From: a virus
Reading direction: 5' to 3' (one strand)
DNA length: 64,000 bases
Virus record (IMG/VR): IMGVR_UViG_3300031251_000010
Location: 1-64,000 of that record
Shown here one piece after another: positions 10,000 to 19,976 of the stretch; the first letter of the stretch is position 1; every line of letters starts with the position of its first letter. Made by a program: the position numbers and the translations under genes. The notes beneath the pieces are model-generated. The model saw only the letters and a program-made list of their open reading frames with translations. It was not told the origin of the DNA and did not search any database.

Positions 10000-10365
10000 T
10001 CAGCCGACCCGCCTCAGCTGGATCTCGCCGCCAAACAGCTTCGAGTACTTGGCCCACGGCCCGTTTCGCCAGTCGCCGTCAACTCCGGGCCCGACAACCG
10101 CGAACCGGCGGCCAGCGATGTCCACCTCGTCCTGGCTGGAATACTCGTCCGGCTTCCGCACGAGCATCGTCACCTCGGATATGTAACGTGCCACGGTGTC
10201 TGCGGAGATGGGCTCTTGGGAGTACTTCCGGTAGAACGCGATTGCTTTCCGGGTGACGGGCGTTTCTGACACGTCGCCGACCGCGTTGCCGTGGCTATCA
10301 ACTGCGGCCGGTACCGCCGGGATGAAGGCGTAGTACGGGATGTTGTGGGGTTCTGGGAAGATCAT
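10000..10365 (-). CDS. head-to-tail stopper
   Basis: 121 aa, DSHGN start, DEVDIAGRRFAVVG and terminal LRRVG motifs. Confidence 0.7.
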   Translation of the reverse strand: MIFPEPHNIPYYAFIPAVPAAVDSHGNAVGDVSETPVTRKAIAFYRKYSQEPISADTVARYISEVTMLVRKPDEYSSQDEVDIAGRRFAVVGPGVDGDWRNGPWAKYSKLFGGEIQLRRVG

Positions 10366-10919
10366 CCGACGACCTGAATCCGGTATCCGGCTAGGCGGTC
10401 GATTTGATGGCCAGTGAGAGCGAGCCCGATACCGGAGCCGAACTTGATTTGGAACGGCCCGCCCTTAACCTCGGTGGCAGCCGACGAAGGCAACTCGATT
10501 GCCCTGGCAGCCAGCTCGAGGATTACGGCCTTCACATCCATGGGCACTTCCTCGTACCCGTGGGTGAATGTGACCTGCGCGGGCCGGTTGGCTGGGTACC
10601 CGTACACCGGCCAGTAGTGGCGGCGGGGCCATGTAACCGTGTTCCGGTTGATGAACCCCGCCGCGTCCCACTCGTATTCGGTTGTTTCGAGCTCCCGGTC
10701 CTCCACGATGACCTTCTCCACGTCAGTGACGTGGAGTGAGGGGAGCATGATTACGCCCATTTGGCCTACGGCGCAGCGGAGATCGACCACCCGCTCGGAT
10801 GGCGCGATATGCCAGCCGCAGTACTTGCGAACCCCGGCCTCGGCGCAGCGGAGGAAGAACTCCGGGTCGCCGTCGTTGAACTTGGTTAGGTCGGTGAGTT
10901 CGACAAGGTTTCCGGCCAT
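10362..10919 (-). CDS. head-to-tail adaptor
   Basis: 185 aa, VRKYCGWHIAP and VTFTHGYEEVP motifs. Confidence 0.8.
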   Translation of the reverse strand: MAGNLVELTDLTKFNDGDPEFFLRCAEAGVRKYCGWHIAPSERVVDLRCAVGQMGVIMLPSLHVTDVEKVIVEDRELETTEYEWDAAGFINRNTVTWPRRHYWPVYGYPANRPAQVTFTHGYEEVPMDVKAVILELAARAIELPSSAATEVKGGPFQIKFGSGIGLALTGHQIDRLAGYRIQVVG

Positions 10920-11228
10920 CTAGGCGCCCGCATCTCCGGTGTTGTTGCCGGGCTTGGCCGGAGCCGCCGCCTTGGCGGGCGCGGCCTTCTCGGTCTTCGG
11001 TGCGGGCACAGCGGCGGGCGAGGCGGGGACAGTCTTCTCGGGGGCTGCCGGCTCAGTCTTCTTTTCGAGCTCGGGTGTGGGTTCCTTGTCACCCTTGGCG
11101 TCGGCCCAGTCGGCGAGCTTCTCGTCCACCTCTTCGGTGTCCGCGCCGACCGAGACCAGTAGCTCACGGCGCGCCTTCAGCGCGGCGATGGTGTCCTTGG
11201 CGAAGTCGCGTGTTTCGTTCTTGGCCAT
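10920..11228 (-). CDS. hypothetical protein (Ala/Pro/Lys-rich)
   Basis: 102 aa, RBS GAGGAG upstream, follows capsid. Confidence 0.6.
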   Translation of the reverse strand: MAKNETRDFAKDTIAALKARRELLVSVGADTEEVDEKLADWADAKGDKEPTPELEKKTEPAAPEKTVPASPAAVPAPKTEKAAPAKAAAPAKPGNNTGDAGA

Positions 11229-11307
11229 CAGGTTTCTCCTCAGATCGGTTGGCCTGGCGGCCCCGCCCTGCCGGGGATTACTCGACAGGGCGGGGGCCAG
11301 GAGACGG

Positions 11308-12681
11308 TCAGAACGTCGGGGCGGTCAGACCCGAGATCTCGACCACGGACTGCGCGTAACGCTCAGCGGTGAATGCCAGGTAGCCGTAAACCTGGAGGGT
11401 CACCGTGAGGTTCTTGCCGCCGACCTCGTTGAGGACGCGGGTGCGGATACCCGACTCGAACAGCAGCAGGTCGTTCGCCCGAACCACGTACACCAGGTCC
11501 TCGTTGGTACCGGTGCCGTAGGAGGTACCGATGTTCGGATCGGTAACCACGGGGAGGCCCTGGAGCTCGCCGACAACCTGCTGCGACGCGACCGCGTCCA
11601 GGGTGGCGACGTTGTTCAGGCTGCGACCGGCGGGCAAAACCAGCGGGCGCAGATCGCCGTCCAGCTGGCCGGTCAGCCAGCCCCACCGTCGCGGGTGCAT
11701 CACGATATGTGTCGGGGGCAGGTACCGGGAGCTGTGCACCCGCTGAATCCCGTCCGCGATTGCCGCGTAGAACGACTGGAGCGTGAGCGCGGTGATCGCG
11801 ATGGCCTGGATGCCGGGGGTGTTGTGGACACCCTTGACCTGCCCGGCGGCATTACTGCCTGCCAACACCTGGAGATCAACCTTGGTGCCGTAGTCGGCGA
11901 TGAGGTCCTGGAACACGACCTCGTCAAAGTTGATGGGCGACTGGTCGAGCAGCTGGATCGCGACATCCTGCGAACCGGCGGCGGTCCGCACGTCCGCCCG
12001 AATGGAGCTGTCCTGGAGGTCCTGCTCGGCCACGGCGGCGTTGTCGGCCGTCTGTATCCCGACGAGCGTTCCCCGGGTGACCTTGGGGATGTTGATGCTG
12101 TCGGTTCCAGCCGGGAGGGGCTGCTGCTGAACCAGGTTGGCGAAAGCACGCCCGGAGCGGGCGAGTTCGATGTACTGGCTCACCAGGTGAATCGGCGGCA
12201 CGAAGTAGCCACCGTTGCCGTCCACGCGGTCCAGGTCGCGGTACTCCTGACCCTGAACGTCAACGGCGTGGCGCCGCAGCCGCTCGGTTGCCTGTCCGTC
12301 CTGATCCATGTTCAGGGACCGGCGCAGCAGATCCTTGAAGTACGAACGGCCATTGCCCTTTTCGTAGGCCGCAGCCTCCTTGATGGAGTCCACGCGGGAG
12401 ATGGCCTTGCGGACCTTGGTCGCGTTCTCGCTGAGGCGGCCCGAGCGCTCGATCTCCTCGGACAGCTCCTTGATTCGCTCGTCAAAGCCTTCGCACTCGG
12501 TCTGCTTCTTGGCGATCTCCGCGCTCTTGACGCGGAACTCGGTGTCCTCCTCGGTGGAGAGGTCTTCGCGGGCCTCTTCCTTGACGAGGTCGGTGATGGC
12601 CGAACGCTCGGCCATCAGCTTTTCGAGCTCGTCGGCTGCCTTTGCACGCAGCGCGATGAGCCGCTTGAGACGTTCCTCCAT
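11308..12681 (-). CDS. major capsid protein (HK97 fold)
   Basis: start MEERLKR at 12681 with AGGAGG RBS; coiled-coil delta domain, GGYFVPP motif. Confidence 0.92.
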   Translation of the reverse strand: MEERLKRLIALRAKAADELEKLMAERSAITDLVKEEAREDLSTEEDTEFRVKSAEIAKKQTECEGFDERIKELSEEIERSGRLSENATKVRKAISRVDSIKEAAAYEKGNGRSYFKDLLRRSLNMDQDGQATERLRRHAVDVQGQEYRDLDRVDGNGGYFVPPIHLVSQYIELARSGRAFANLVQQQPLPAGTDSINIPKVTRGTLVGIQTADNAAVAEQDLQDSSIRADVRTAAGSQDVAIQLLDQSPINFDEVVFQDLIADYGTKVDLQVLAGSNAAGQVKGVHNTPGIQAIAITALTLQSFYAAIADGIQRVHSSRYLPPTHIVMHPRRWGWLTGQLDGDLRPLVLPAGRSLNNVATLDAVASQQVVGELQGLPVVTDPNIGTSYGTGTNEDLVYVVRANDLLLFESGIRTRVLNEVGGKNLTVTLQVYGYLAFTAERYAQSVVEISGLTAPTF

Positions 12682-12802
12682 GGGAGCGTCCCTCCTTTCG
12701 GATTGTCCCCAAATTGGTTGGGGCGGTTTCGGATATGGGTGGGCGGCCCGAGCTGGGCACCAGCGGCCTCCGAGCGGGTGGCGGCTGTTCAACCCGCGCA
12801 CG

Positions 12803-12831
12803 AAAAAAGGCCCCCCGAGCTGGGAGGCCTT
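12803..12831 (-). terminator. intrinsic terminator between protease and capsid genes
   Basis: AAGGCCTCCC-AGCTC-GGGGGGCCTT followed by TTTT on the minus strand. Confidence 0.6.
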
Positions 12832-12893
12832 GATGTGGTGGTGTGCGGGGTGGAATCTGTGGCAGTGCAGCGTTTTACCGTGGCACTGGGGTA

Positions 12894-13796
12894 CTACTTA
12901 CCGATCTGAGCGAGAGCTTCATCGAGCGTGAAGCTCTTACCGTCATCGCTGGCGTAGCCCTGTCGGGCTAGTGCTTCGCGTAGCGACATGCCCTTCGGGG
13001 CGTCATTGGCTGCCTCGGTACGCAGCGCATTGAATCGCTCATTGACCTCCGCAGCGGCGGAGGCGGCGCTTTGAGCCAGCCTCATGGCTTCAGCTGCCAT
13101 ACGGACGCGCTCGTTTACCGCCCCCACCTTGTCGAGCGCAGCCCGGGCACGGCGCAGGATCTCTTGATCCGAGCGTGCTTCCGCCAGCTCCCGAGGGTCG
13201 CATTCGGCGAGCATCGCCAATGCCTCGTCCACCGACTTCAGTTCCGCTGAGGTGGTGGGGTTCGCACCGAAATTCACCACCGACACGTCCCCCTTGTGGA
13301 GGGATACCTCGGTGATGCACCGGTAGGCGTACTCGTCGTCGGGGAACTCGGGGGTGGACTTCCACTCTTGGTTCTTGACGCGGAACGCGAACGACATCTC
13401 GTCCATGTCCTTGCGCCGCATCTTGGGGGCGAGCCGCTGCACGTCAGGGTCGAGCGGGTCGAGAAGCGAATCCGTCAGCAGGCCGTTGCGGTCCACGCTC
13501 AGCTGGAGAGTGCCGGACTTGGTGCGCGCGAGCGGCATCCCCTCGTGGTTGATGAGCAGGTGCACGTCGGGGTCTTCACGGAGAGTGGCGTTGAAAGCAC
13601 CCCGGTCAAGCTGCTCGATCCAGCCGCCGTTGGCGGGGCCGCCGTACATCTCGTACGGCTCGAACGTGGAGGCATATCCCGTCAGCCGCAGGCTGCCACC
13701 GTTCGACTCGGAACGGAGATCGAACATGGGGATGGAGCGGTGCTCCCATACGTCCTTCCGGTTCTCCCGGTCAGCACGAATTGCCTTGGGGTTCAT
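12894..13796 (-). CDS. capsid maturation (prohead) protease, HK97 family
   Basis: GYASTF, LLINHEGMPLART, MSFAF, DVSVV motifs. Confidence 0.9.
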   Translation of the reverse strand: MNPKAIRADRENRKDVWEHRSIPMFDLRSESNGGSLRLTGYASTFEPYEMYGGPANGGWIEQLDRGAFNATLREDPDVHLLINHEGMPLARTKSGTLQLSVDRNGLLTDSLLDPLDPDVQRLAPKMRRKDMDEMSFAFRVKNQEWKSTPEFPDDEYAYRCITEVSLHKGDVSVVNFGANPTTSAELKSVDEALAMLAECDPRELAEARSDQEILRRARAALDKVGAVNERVRMAAEAMRLAQSAASAAAEVNERFNALRTEAANDAPKGMSLREALARQGYASDDGKSFTLDEALAQIGK

Positions 13797-15085
13797 TGGT
13801 CCTCCTGTCCTGAGTCGCCTTCGTCCTCATCGGGTTCGGCGGTAGGTTCCTTTTCGGGGGTCTGTTCTGGTTCGGGTTGGCCGGCAGGGGCACTGCCTGT
13901 TGTCGGCACAGATCCGAGGGGCGCGTAGTTCATGGGCTGGAGCCGGATATCGCCGTTCTCCACCGGCCCGAGGTCTTCCTTGGCGCGGATCTCATTCACG
14001 TCGTAGAGGCCCATTTCGCGGCCGATCTTGTAGGCCTCGAACCGGGACTTCATGTCGCCGCGTAGCAGGTCGTCCAGGGTGAATCTGACGTACTGCCCCT
14101 TCGGGAGAAGCAGTGAGAGGGCCTGCTCGATGCAGGTCAGCCACGCGCGGAGCGTGAACTTCACGAAGCCGAGGGTCTGCTGCTCGATACCCGTTCCCCA
14201 GCTGGTGGACTTCTCGGTGTCGCCGATCATGTGGGGCGGGATGCGGAACAGCATCGCGATCTCGCCGCGCTGGTAGCGGCGAGTCTCAAGGAACTGGGAT
14301 TCCTCGGGGCTGATTGCGATTGGCTTCCACTTCAACCCGCCGGTAAGGATGGCGGGGCGGCGGCGGCCGGAGTGGGAAGCTATCCACCGCTGCATCACGC
14401 CCTTGGTCTGGTCGGTATCCAACGTCTGGTCGGTTTCCAGAACGGATGATGGGTTCGCGGAGTCTTTGAAGTAGTTCAGGCCGTAACGTTCAGCCGCCAA
14501 GGCAATTCCAACTGCGGCGGCGGCGCGCTGCACCGGGGACAACCCGAGCGCAGCACCGGCCACCGGGTACCGCTTGATATGGACGACATCAGCGGATGGG
14601 ACCTTCGATCCGTCCACTAAGTAGGTCGGCTCCATCCACCCGCTATTGGCAGCAACGTTCACGGTCATAAAGTCCGGGTGCACCGGCATGATCGCCTTGG
14701 GGGTGTCGTCCGGGTTCCGCGCAGTGATGTATCCGAACCCGTTGCCGGTGACGGTGAGCGCTTCCATCGTCATCCAGATCCACTCGAACAGAGTGGTTTC
14801 CGGGTATGGGTTCATAACGAGTTTCGGCTGCGGATCGACGGGTACAGGGATGCCGCCTTCGAGCTGGTAGGCCGTGAGCCCTAGGGAGGCGATGGTGTCG
14901 GCAAGCAGCGTGACGCAGGCGGTGAACGCCGCGACCTGCGTCTCGCGGGCGCCGCGCGGGGTAACGCTGTAGCTGTTGCTCCCCCACGGGTACATCGCGT
15001 CGTCTTCGGCGGGTGTCGGCACGAAAGATGACCCGGTGAGGACTCGCGCCTCGGGAGCAACGAATGGGCGAGACAGGAAGCTCAC
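13793..15085 (-). CDS. portal protein (HK97 family)
   Basis: start GTG 15085; GNGFGYI, QFLETRRY..EIAMLFRIPPHMIG, NEIRAKEDL motifs. Confidence 0.93.
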   Translation of the reverse strand: MSFLSRPFVAPEARVLTGSSFVPTPAEDDAMYPWGSNSYSVTPRGARETQVAAFTACVTLLADTIASLGLTAYQLEGGIPVPVDPQPKLVMNPYPETTLFEWIWMTMEALTVTGNGFGYITARNPDDTPKAIMPVHPDFMTVNVAANSGWMEPTYLVDGSKVPSADVVHIKRYPVAGAALGLSPVQRAAAAVGIALAAERYGLNYFKDSANPSSVLETDQTLDTDQTKGVMQRWIASHSGRRRPAILTGGLKWKPIAISPEESQFLETRRYQRGEIAMLFRIPPHMIGDTEKSTSWGTGIEQQTLGFVKFTLRAWLTCIEQALSLLLPKGQYVRFTLDDLLRGDMKSRFEAYKIGREMGLYDVNEIRAKEDLGPVENGDIRLQPMNYAPLGSVPTTGSAPAGQPEPEQTPEKEPTAEPDEDEGDSGQEDQ

Positions 15086-15252
15086 TGGGCAGCCGCCTTC
15101 GGGTTGCGGCTTGGCGGGTCGATCGCGAGGCCGACGAGAACCAAAGCGAGGCCGCCGATTACGAGGCCAAGCCACGGCGCAAGCACCCAGAACCCGGCTA
15201 CTAGGGCCGCGACTCCAGCCAGCTCGAACCCGGCTGAGATGAGGGGGCGCAT
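15082..15252 (-). CDS. small membrane protein
   Basis: 56 aa hydrophobic ORF coupled between terminase and portal. Confidence 0.6.
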   Translation of the reverse strand: MRPLISAGFELAGVAALVAGFWVLAPWLGLVIGGLALVLVGLAIDPPSRNPKAAAQ

Positions 15253-16850
15253 CAGTAGAGGTCTTCTTTCTGCCACTCCATGATTTCCTCCTCGGAAGGC
15301 CATTCGTGCACATCAGGCACCTTGTCGGGTCCGGCGAGCCGGACGGATTCAGCCCAGGCAGCCGCCGCGCAGGCGACGAGAGGGCTCGCGTCGATCGGGC
15401 TGCCTTGCCGATCGAAAACCCATGCGTCGCCGAGCTTTTTGGCGACAGTGGCGACGGCAGCTGTATCCAGGGCGGGTTGCGAGCGGTGCCGGACTATCCG
15501 TTGAACAACCTGGTCGTAGAAGTCGCCGCAGCCCTTGGTGAGGTCGCCGCCGCCCCACTCGATAACGGGGATACCGGCTTCGATCATGTCCTCAATGAAT
15601 CCGGAAGCCGGGGCGCCGCGCGCCTGCACGGCCACGGTCTGAAACTTGCCAGGGCGTGCCTTGAACCACGGAATGATCCAGTCTGTACCGCGTTCCGCTG
15701 CAACAACTTCCACGTGGAGCAGGTCGTCGGCCCGGCGAGCAGCGATTGCGACGTAGCCGCGTGATCGTTGCCAATTCACATCAACGGCAGCCCACACAGG
15801 CGCCCCCTCAGCTCGCCGCGACAGCTCATCCAAGGTGGCTTGCCAGTCTTCGGCGGGGATGATGCCGGGGGCTAGCGAATCAACCCACTGGCATAGGTGT
15901 TCGGTCTTAAACCCGGCGATATCAGCGCGTTTCGCTTCGAGCTTCCCCGCGACGGACGCTTCGTCGTGCCCGTCAAGCCAGCCCATCGCCGGGTTCGCCA
16001 TCGGCCAGACGGACCGGTCGTACGGGTCGGAGTCGTCCGGCGCGGACCACTCGAACAACCCGAGCTGGGTCTCCTCGGTCTTACCGGCGATGATCGCCTG
16101 CAAGCAGCCGTCCCGGACCGACCGCAGCACAATGGATTTCTTGTCCCCGGCGTTACTGGCGGTAACGGCTTGGCTGTACTTACGGGCGGTGGTGGTGGGG
16201 ACAACCGCGTCCCATGTCTCCCAGTTGGTGTGCTCACGAAGCTCATCGAGCATTGCGAGGTCAATTGAGAAGGAGCGTCCAGCTTTTCGGTTCTGCGCGA
16301 CGGCCCGCCACGACCGTTTCCCTGTCAGGAACATGGCGTGCTTACCGTTGGCGGTGCGGTGGCGGACGAACTCCAGCCGGAGCTTGGAAGATTCCTTCAC
16401 GTCATCCACGACGGCGGCGAGCGTGCCCTCGGCGTACTCCAAGCCCTGCGCCGCGATGACAACCGTCTTGGCGGCCGGGCACCCGGCGCTCGATATTCCC
16501 TTGCTGTCCAGGTACAGCCGCCACAGCCCAAGGCCCTTAAGCCACTGAGTCTTCCCGTTCTGCCGCGCGATCAAAATGACGACAGTGCGGAGCCGGAACC
16601 CTGTACCGTCCGCACCCTTCTCCAAAGCATGTATGTACAGCCACTTTTGGTACGGGAGGAGCGTCCAGCCGAGGAAATTCTCGAGAAAGCCGATGCACTC
16701 GAATCCCCACGAGGTATCCGGGTTCAGACCGCAGCCACAGCCGCATGCATCCGGGCGACTGGCGTCGCAGTGCGCGGCGAGAGGAGGCGTGAACAGCCGG
16801 GGTTTGGTGTACCCCTTAAGCGTTGGAGCGCTTACGACGCCAGTCGTCAA
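15252..16850 (-). CDS. terminase large subunit
   Basis: Walker A ARQNGKT, Walker B LAMLDELRE, SNAG motif, C-terminal IDASPLVA nuclease region. Confidence 0.93.
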   Translation of the reverse strand: MTTGVVSAPTLKGYTKPRLFTPPLAAHCDASRPDACGCGCGLNPDTSWGFECIGFLENFLGWTLLPYQKWLYIHALEKGADGTGFRLRTVVILIARQNGKTQWLKGLGLWRLYLDSKGISSAGCPAAKTVVIAAQGLEYAEGTLAAVVDDVKESSKLRLEFVRHRTANGKHAMFLTGKRSWRAVAQNRKAGRSFSIDLAMLDELREHTNWETWDAVVPTTTARKYSQAVTASNAGDKKSIVLRSVRDGCLQAIIAGKTEETQLGLFEWSAPDDSDPYDRSVWPMANPAMGWLDGHDEASVAGKLEAKRADIAGFKTEHLCQWVDSLAPGIIPAEDWQATLDELSRRAEGAPVWAAVDVNWQRSRGYVAIAARRADDLLHVEVVAAERGTDWIIPWFKARPGKFQTVAVQARGAPASGFIEDMIEAGIPVIEWGGGDLTKGCGDFYDQVVQRIVRHRSQPALDTAAVATVAKKLGDAWVFDRQGSPIDASPLVACAAAAWAESVRLAGPDKVPDVHEWPSEEEIMEWQKEDLY

Positions 16851-17250
16851 TGTCGCTCACCGGGGCCTCGTCGCCGTCGTCGCCCTCGTCGTCCGGGTCG
16901 GGCAGGTTCGGCGGCTCGTTCATCCCTGGCGTCGCGGCGTCATACCCGTAGAGGCGGGTCTGCTGCGCGAGAAGCCTCCGGCAGAACTCGGCGGCTTTCA
17001 CGTCGCCACGGAGCGCGTTCGGGAAATGCGCCCGAAATAGTGCCTCTGAGCGCTCCACGTGCATCGCCAACGCCTGATCTGCCATGTAATCGCGCCGTTT
17101 CGCGGCCTTGGCCATCTCCCGCTGCACGATCCTCTCGGCGGCGGTGTGGGTGATGCCGTGCTGCTCACCGATCTGCCTGTACGGGACGCCAGCGATGAAC
17201 AGCTGTAGCACTTGCGCGTCGCGCTTGGCCCGGCTGACCCGGTCCGTCAC
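16816..17250 (-). CDS. terminase small subunit (HTH)
   Basis: GTG 17250; HTH GVPYRQIGEQHG; overlaps terminase large start. Confidence 0.65.
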   Translation of the reverse strand: MTDRVSRAKRDAQVLQLFIAGVPYRQIGEQHGITHTAAERIVQREMAKAAKRRDYMADQALAMHVERSEALFRAHFPNALRGDVKAAEFCRRLLAQQTRLYGYDAATPGMNEPPNLPDPDDEGDDGDEAPVSDIDDWRRKRSNA

Positions 17251-18104
17251 TTGGCCCTGGCCTTCACGGCGCTGACGCCGGGCGGCGGTGTCGTCAGGGG
17301 GTGCCCGGCGTGCCGCTTCTTCGGGGCGAGTGTGATCTCGATGTAGCCGGTGTCCTTCTTGCGGGTGTTCCTGCGCACCAGTCCCGGCCACTGCTTCTCC
17401 AGCTCTTCGACGCTGAAAGCGACCTTGGCGGGGGTTCTTTGGAACTCACCGGGCGCCTGGCAGCCACCAGGGTCCGTGTAGTAGTTCGCCTGGGCGGCAA
17501 TCCCGTCGTGCCGGACGGTGCCGCCGTCGTACCACCATGCGCGGAGGCTGGTTTCGTGCTCGTCCTTGTACGGGACGGTGAACTCGTGGACGGGATGGCT
17601 GGGCCGGTTGAAGAACCCGATGACGGTGAAGATCAAGAATCGCAGGCCTTCACTGATGCGGCCCGGCGACATGTAGAAGGCGTTGACGACCGGCGACAAC
17701 CCCCACACGTACAGGTCCCGCCCGGCGGTCTCAGTGAACATCCGCCGGAACAACGCATCCACATCAGCCACGGGGCGAAGGGTTTTCGAGTCCACAGCCT
17801 CCACCAGGCCCGTCACATCATCGTCCAAGCAGACAATCGGGGTACCAGCGGCGAACTGGGTGGGGATGTAGGTCCGCTGCGCCGTGATACCGCGCATCGG
17901 TGTGGCATTCAGGCGGATACCGGACCTGCCGGCCAACTCCTGGTACGCCCCCAACTGAGGGTCGTTGTCGTGGAGGAACACCGTGATCCGCGCCGGGTCC
18001 ACTCCGGCCGCGCTCAGCCAGGCGAGCGTCTTCCGCTCCAGCCCTTCGGCACGCTGGTATGAGGGGATCACGATCTGGTACTCGCGCGCCGGGGCGCGCC
18101 TCAC
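17247..18104 (-). CDS. GT-A fold glycosyltransferase (TET-associated type)
   Basis: IVIPSYQR N-terminal strand, CLDDDV DxD motif, KDEHE and GGCQ motifs; coupled to dioxygenase. Confidence 0.72.
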   Translation of the reverse strand: MRRAPAREYQIVIPSYQRAEGLERKTLAWLSAAGVDPARITVFLHDNDPQLGAYQELAGRSGIRLNATPMRGITAQRTYIPTQFAAGTPIVCLDDDVTGLVEAVDSKTLRPVADVDALFRRMFTETAGRDLYVWGLSPVVNAFYMSPGRISEGLRFLIFTVIGFFNRPSHPVHEFTVPYKDEHETSLRAWWYDGGTVRHDGIAAQANYYTDPGGCQAPGEFQRTPAKVAFSVEELEKQWPGLVRRNTRKKDTGYIEITLAPKKRHAGHPLTTPPPGVSAVKARAK

Positions 18105-18940
18105 TTGGGCTGCCTCCGCTCAGCGATGAGCCGGGCCTGGTTCTGTTCCCGAGCGGTTCGGACCTTTTGGGCGTATTCGGTCTCCAATGCGCCCTCCAAG
18201 CAAGATTTCATGCCCTTGAGGGCGTAGTAGACGACGCTCAGTCGGTATCCGTCCGGCCTGCGCAACTGCATCGGGGTAACTCCATGCACCAGCTGATGTC
18301 CCGGGAAGAAGACCGCGGTGCTGTCGCGGCACGGCAACACCACCCCGTACTCCGGGATGTGCAGGTGCCCTCCGGTCATGCCGCGTCGGAACACCGGCAT
18401 CGCGCTCCAGGTTGGGAAGTTGAATCCGTCGCGGTGGTACGGCAGCGTCGAGCTCCGGTTGATGACGCCGGATGTCCAGAGCTCGGATTCGCCCAACTTC
18501 CAACCGGACCCGACCTGGAGCATGGTTGCCCGGTCGCGGGCCTCGATTTTCGCGTCAATTTCGCCGAGCATCCGCGCCAGCTCCCCAGCCCACGCATCCA
18601 GCGCCGCCTCGGCCGCCGGGAACTCCTTCGCGACACCGGAAGCCCTGCACGCGTCCCGGCTGTAACTTGGCCGCCGGGGCTGGAATCCGAAGTTCGCCGA
18701 CAGGTTCTTGGCTCCCGACGCGCGCCGCAGGTCCGTGTACTTCAACGAGAGGCACGCGCGCCGCAGATCCGGGGCTTCCACCGGCAGTACCGCCATCACG
18801 GTCTCGCCGGTATCAGCGTCTGTGGCTATGAACGGCTCGCTGTGGGTCGGCTCGTGCTCCCCAACCCACGTTCCGACGAGGGTTGTGGCTTCCTCCGGGC
18901 TCACCACTCGCCGCAAACTCAGCCGCTCCATCGGTGTCAC
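18101..18940 (-). CDS. TET/JBP-like 2OG-Fe(II) dioxygenase
   Basis: YHRD (HxD), GGHLHIPEY, HGVTP, RLSVVYY (RxS) motifs. Confidence 0.8.
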   Translation of the reverse strand: MTPMERLSLRRVVSPEEATTLVGTWVGEHEPTHSEPFIATDADTGETVMAVLPVEAPDLRRACLSLKYTDLRRASGAKNLSANFGFQPRRPSYSRDACRASGVAKEFPAAEAALDAWAGELARMLGEIDAKIEARDRATMLQVGSGWKLGESELWTSGVINRSSTLPYHRDGFNFPTWSAMPVFRRGMTGGHLHIPEYGVVLPCRDSTAVFFPGHQLVHGVTPMQLRRPDGYRLSVVYYALKGMKSCLEGALETEYAQKVRTAREQNQARLIAERRQPK

Positions 18941-19632
18941 TCCGCGACCGCTGGCGCTGCGTCGAGCCCGGTCTCTTCCTGCTTGAGCAGGTGCACCAGC
19001 ACCGCCGCGTTGCTCTCCAGACCGTGTGCTTCCGCGACCCGCTGCAACGTCTCGACCACCCACAGGTACTCGTCGCCGACATACGTCATCACGACCATCC
19101 GCTGGTCGGACTGGTCGTAGTTGGTCTTCAAGTCCTCGAGAGAAGTTGCGGTGCCCTGATTTCCGGCCAGCTCGTCCTCTGGCGCCGGTTCCAACTCCTC
19201 CAGGGCCGCTGCCAGGTCATCGAGGTCATCCTGCGCGTAACCGGTGCCGTCCAGGGTGTCCAGGGATTCCAGGATCTCCAACAACGCCTTGTTGTCGTAC
19301 CCACCCAGTGCCGGGATCTTGTTGTCAGCAACGACAATCGCCTTGGCCTGCTGCTCATCAACGTCCACCAGCCAGCAGTCGATATCCGCCCAACCGAGTT
19401 CTCGCGCTGCGAGCAGGGTGTGGTTACCGGCCAACACCTCGTTGGGGCGCCCGGTGTGCGTCCCACGGTTCACCACGATGGGCCGGTACTGGCCGTTGGC
19501 GGTGAGGGACGCCGCGATGTCCGGGACCGAACCGCGCCGGGGGTTGCCCTTGAAAGTCTTTAGCTGGGAAACCGCGATACGGGCAGCCGAATTAGCTGCG
19601 GTACCTGCGGTGTTAACTGTGGGCTCGGTCAT
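18937..19632 (-). CDS. ParB-like N-terminal domain protein
   Basis: NPRRG...GQYRPIVV...VLAGNHTLLAARELG...ADNK motifs. Confidence 0.85.
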   Translation of the reverse strand: MTEPTVNTAGTAANSAARIAVSQLKTFKGNPRRGSVPDIAASLTANGQYRPIVVNRGTHTGRPNEVLAGNHTLLAARELGWADIDCWLVDVDEQQAKAIVVADNKIPALGGYDNKALLEILESLDTLDGTGYAQDDLDDLAAALEELEPAPEDELAGNQGTATSLEDLKTNYDQSDQRMVVMTYVGDEYLWVVETLQRVAEAHGLESNAAVLVHLLKQEETGLDAAPAVAE

Positions 19633-19657
19633 GCTCGGAGGCTCCTAGCTGGTAGCT

Positions 19658-19972
19658 GCTGGCTAACTTCTTGGCAACATTTTTCGAGGGGGGGCGGAAC
19701 CCGTGCCGGGCCGAGGGACCTTGGGCTGGGCGGGCAACTTTTCACCCCGCCCCCGGGTACCTGCCCTGGTCGCATGGTCTTGTGGGGCCTGGTGATGAGG
19801 GGTTCATCTCCGGGAAGGGGTCGTTCGGTTGTGTGCTCGTACAGCGATGGTGTTGGGGCGGGTCCGCAGCGGGGTTGGCGCAGCTGGCTAACTTGGCTCG
19901 TTTCCCGAGGTTGGGGAGGGTGTTAGCCAGTGGTGACCGATTGTTAGCTGGGGACGGGGCGTTGTTAGCTGG
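19658..19972. repeat. phased GTTAGC repeats in probable packaging (cos/pac) region
   Basis: TGTTAGC at 19921, 19942 and 19963 (21-bp spacing); inverse GCTGGCTAACTT at 19658 and 19883. Confidence 0.5.
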
Positions 19973-19976
19973 TGGG

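Noticed and set aside
8754-10256. 500-aa plus-strand ORF
   Set aside because: Antisense to well-supported tail and head-tail genes.
10939-12909. 656-aa plus-strand ORF
   Set aside because: Antisense shadow of the capsid region in GC-rich DNA, with no recognisable motifs.
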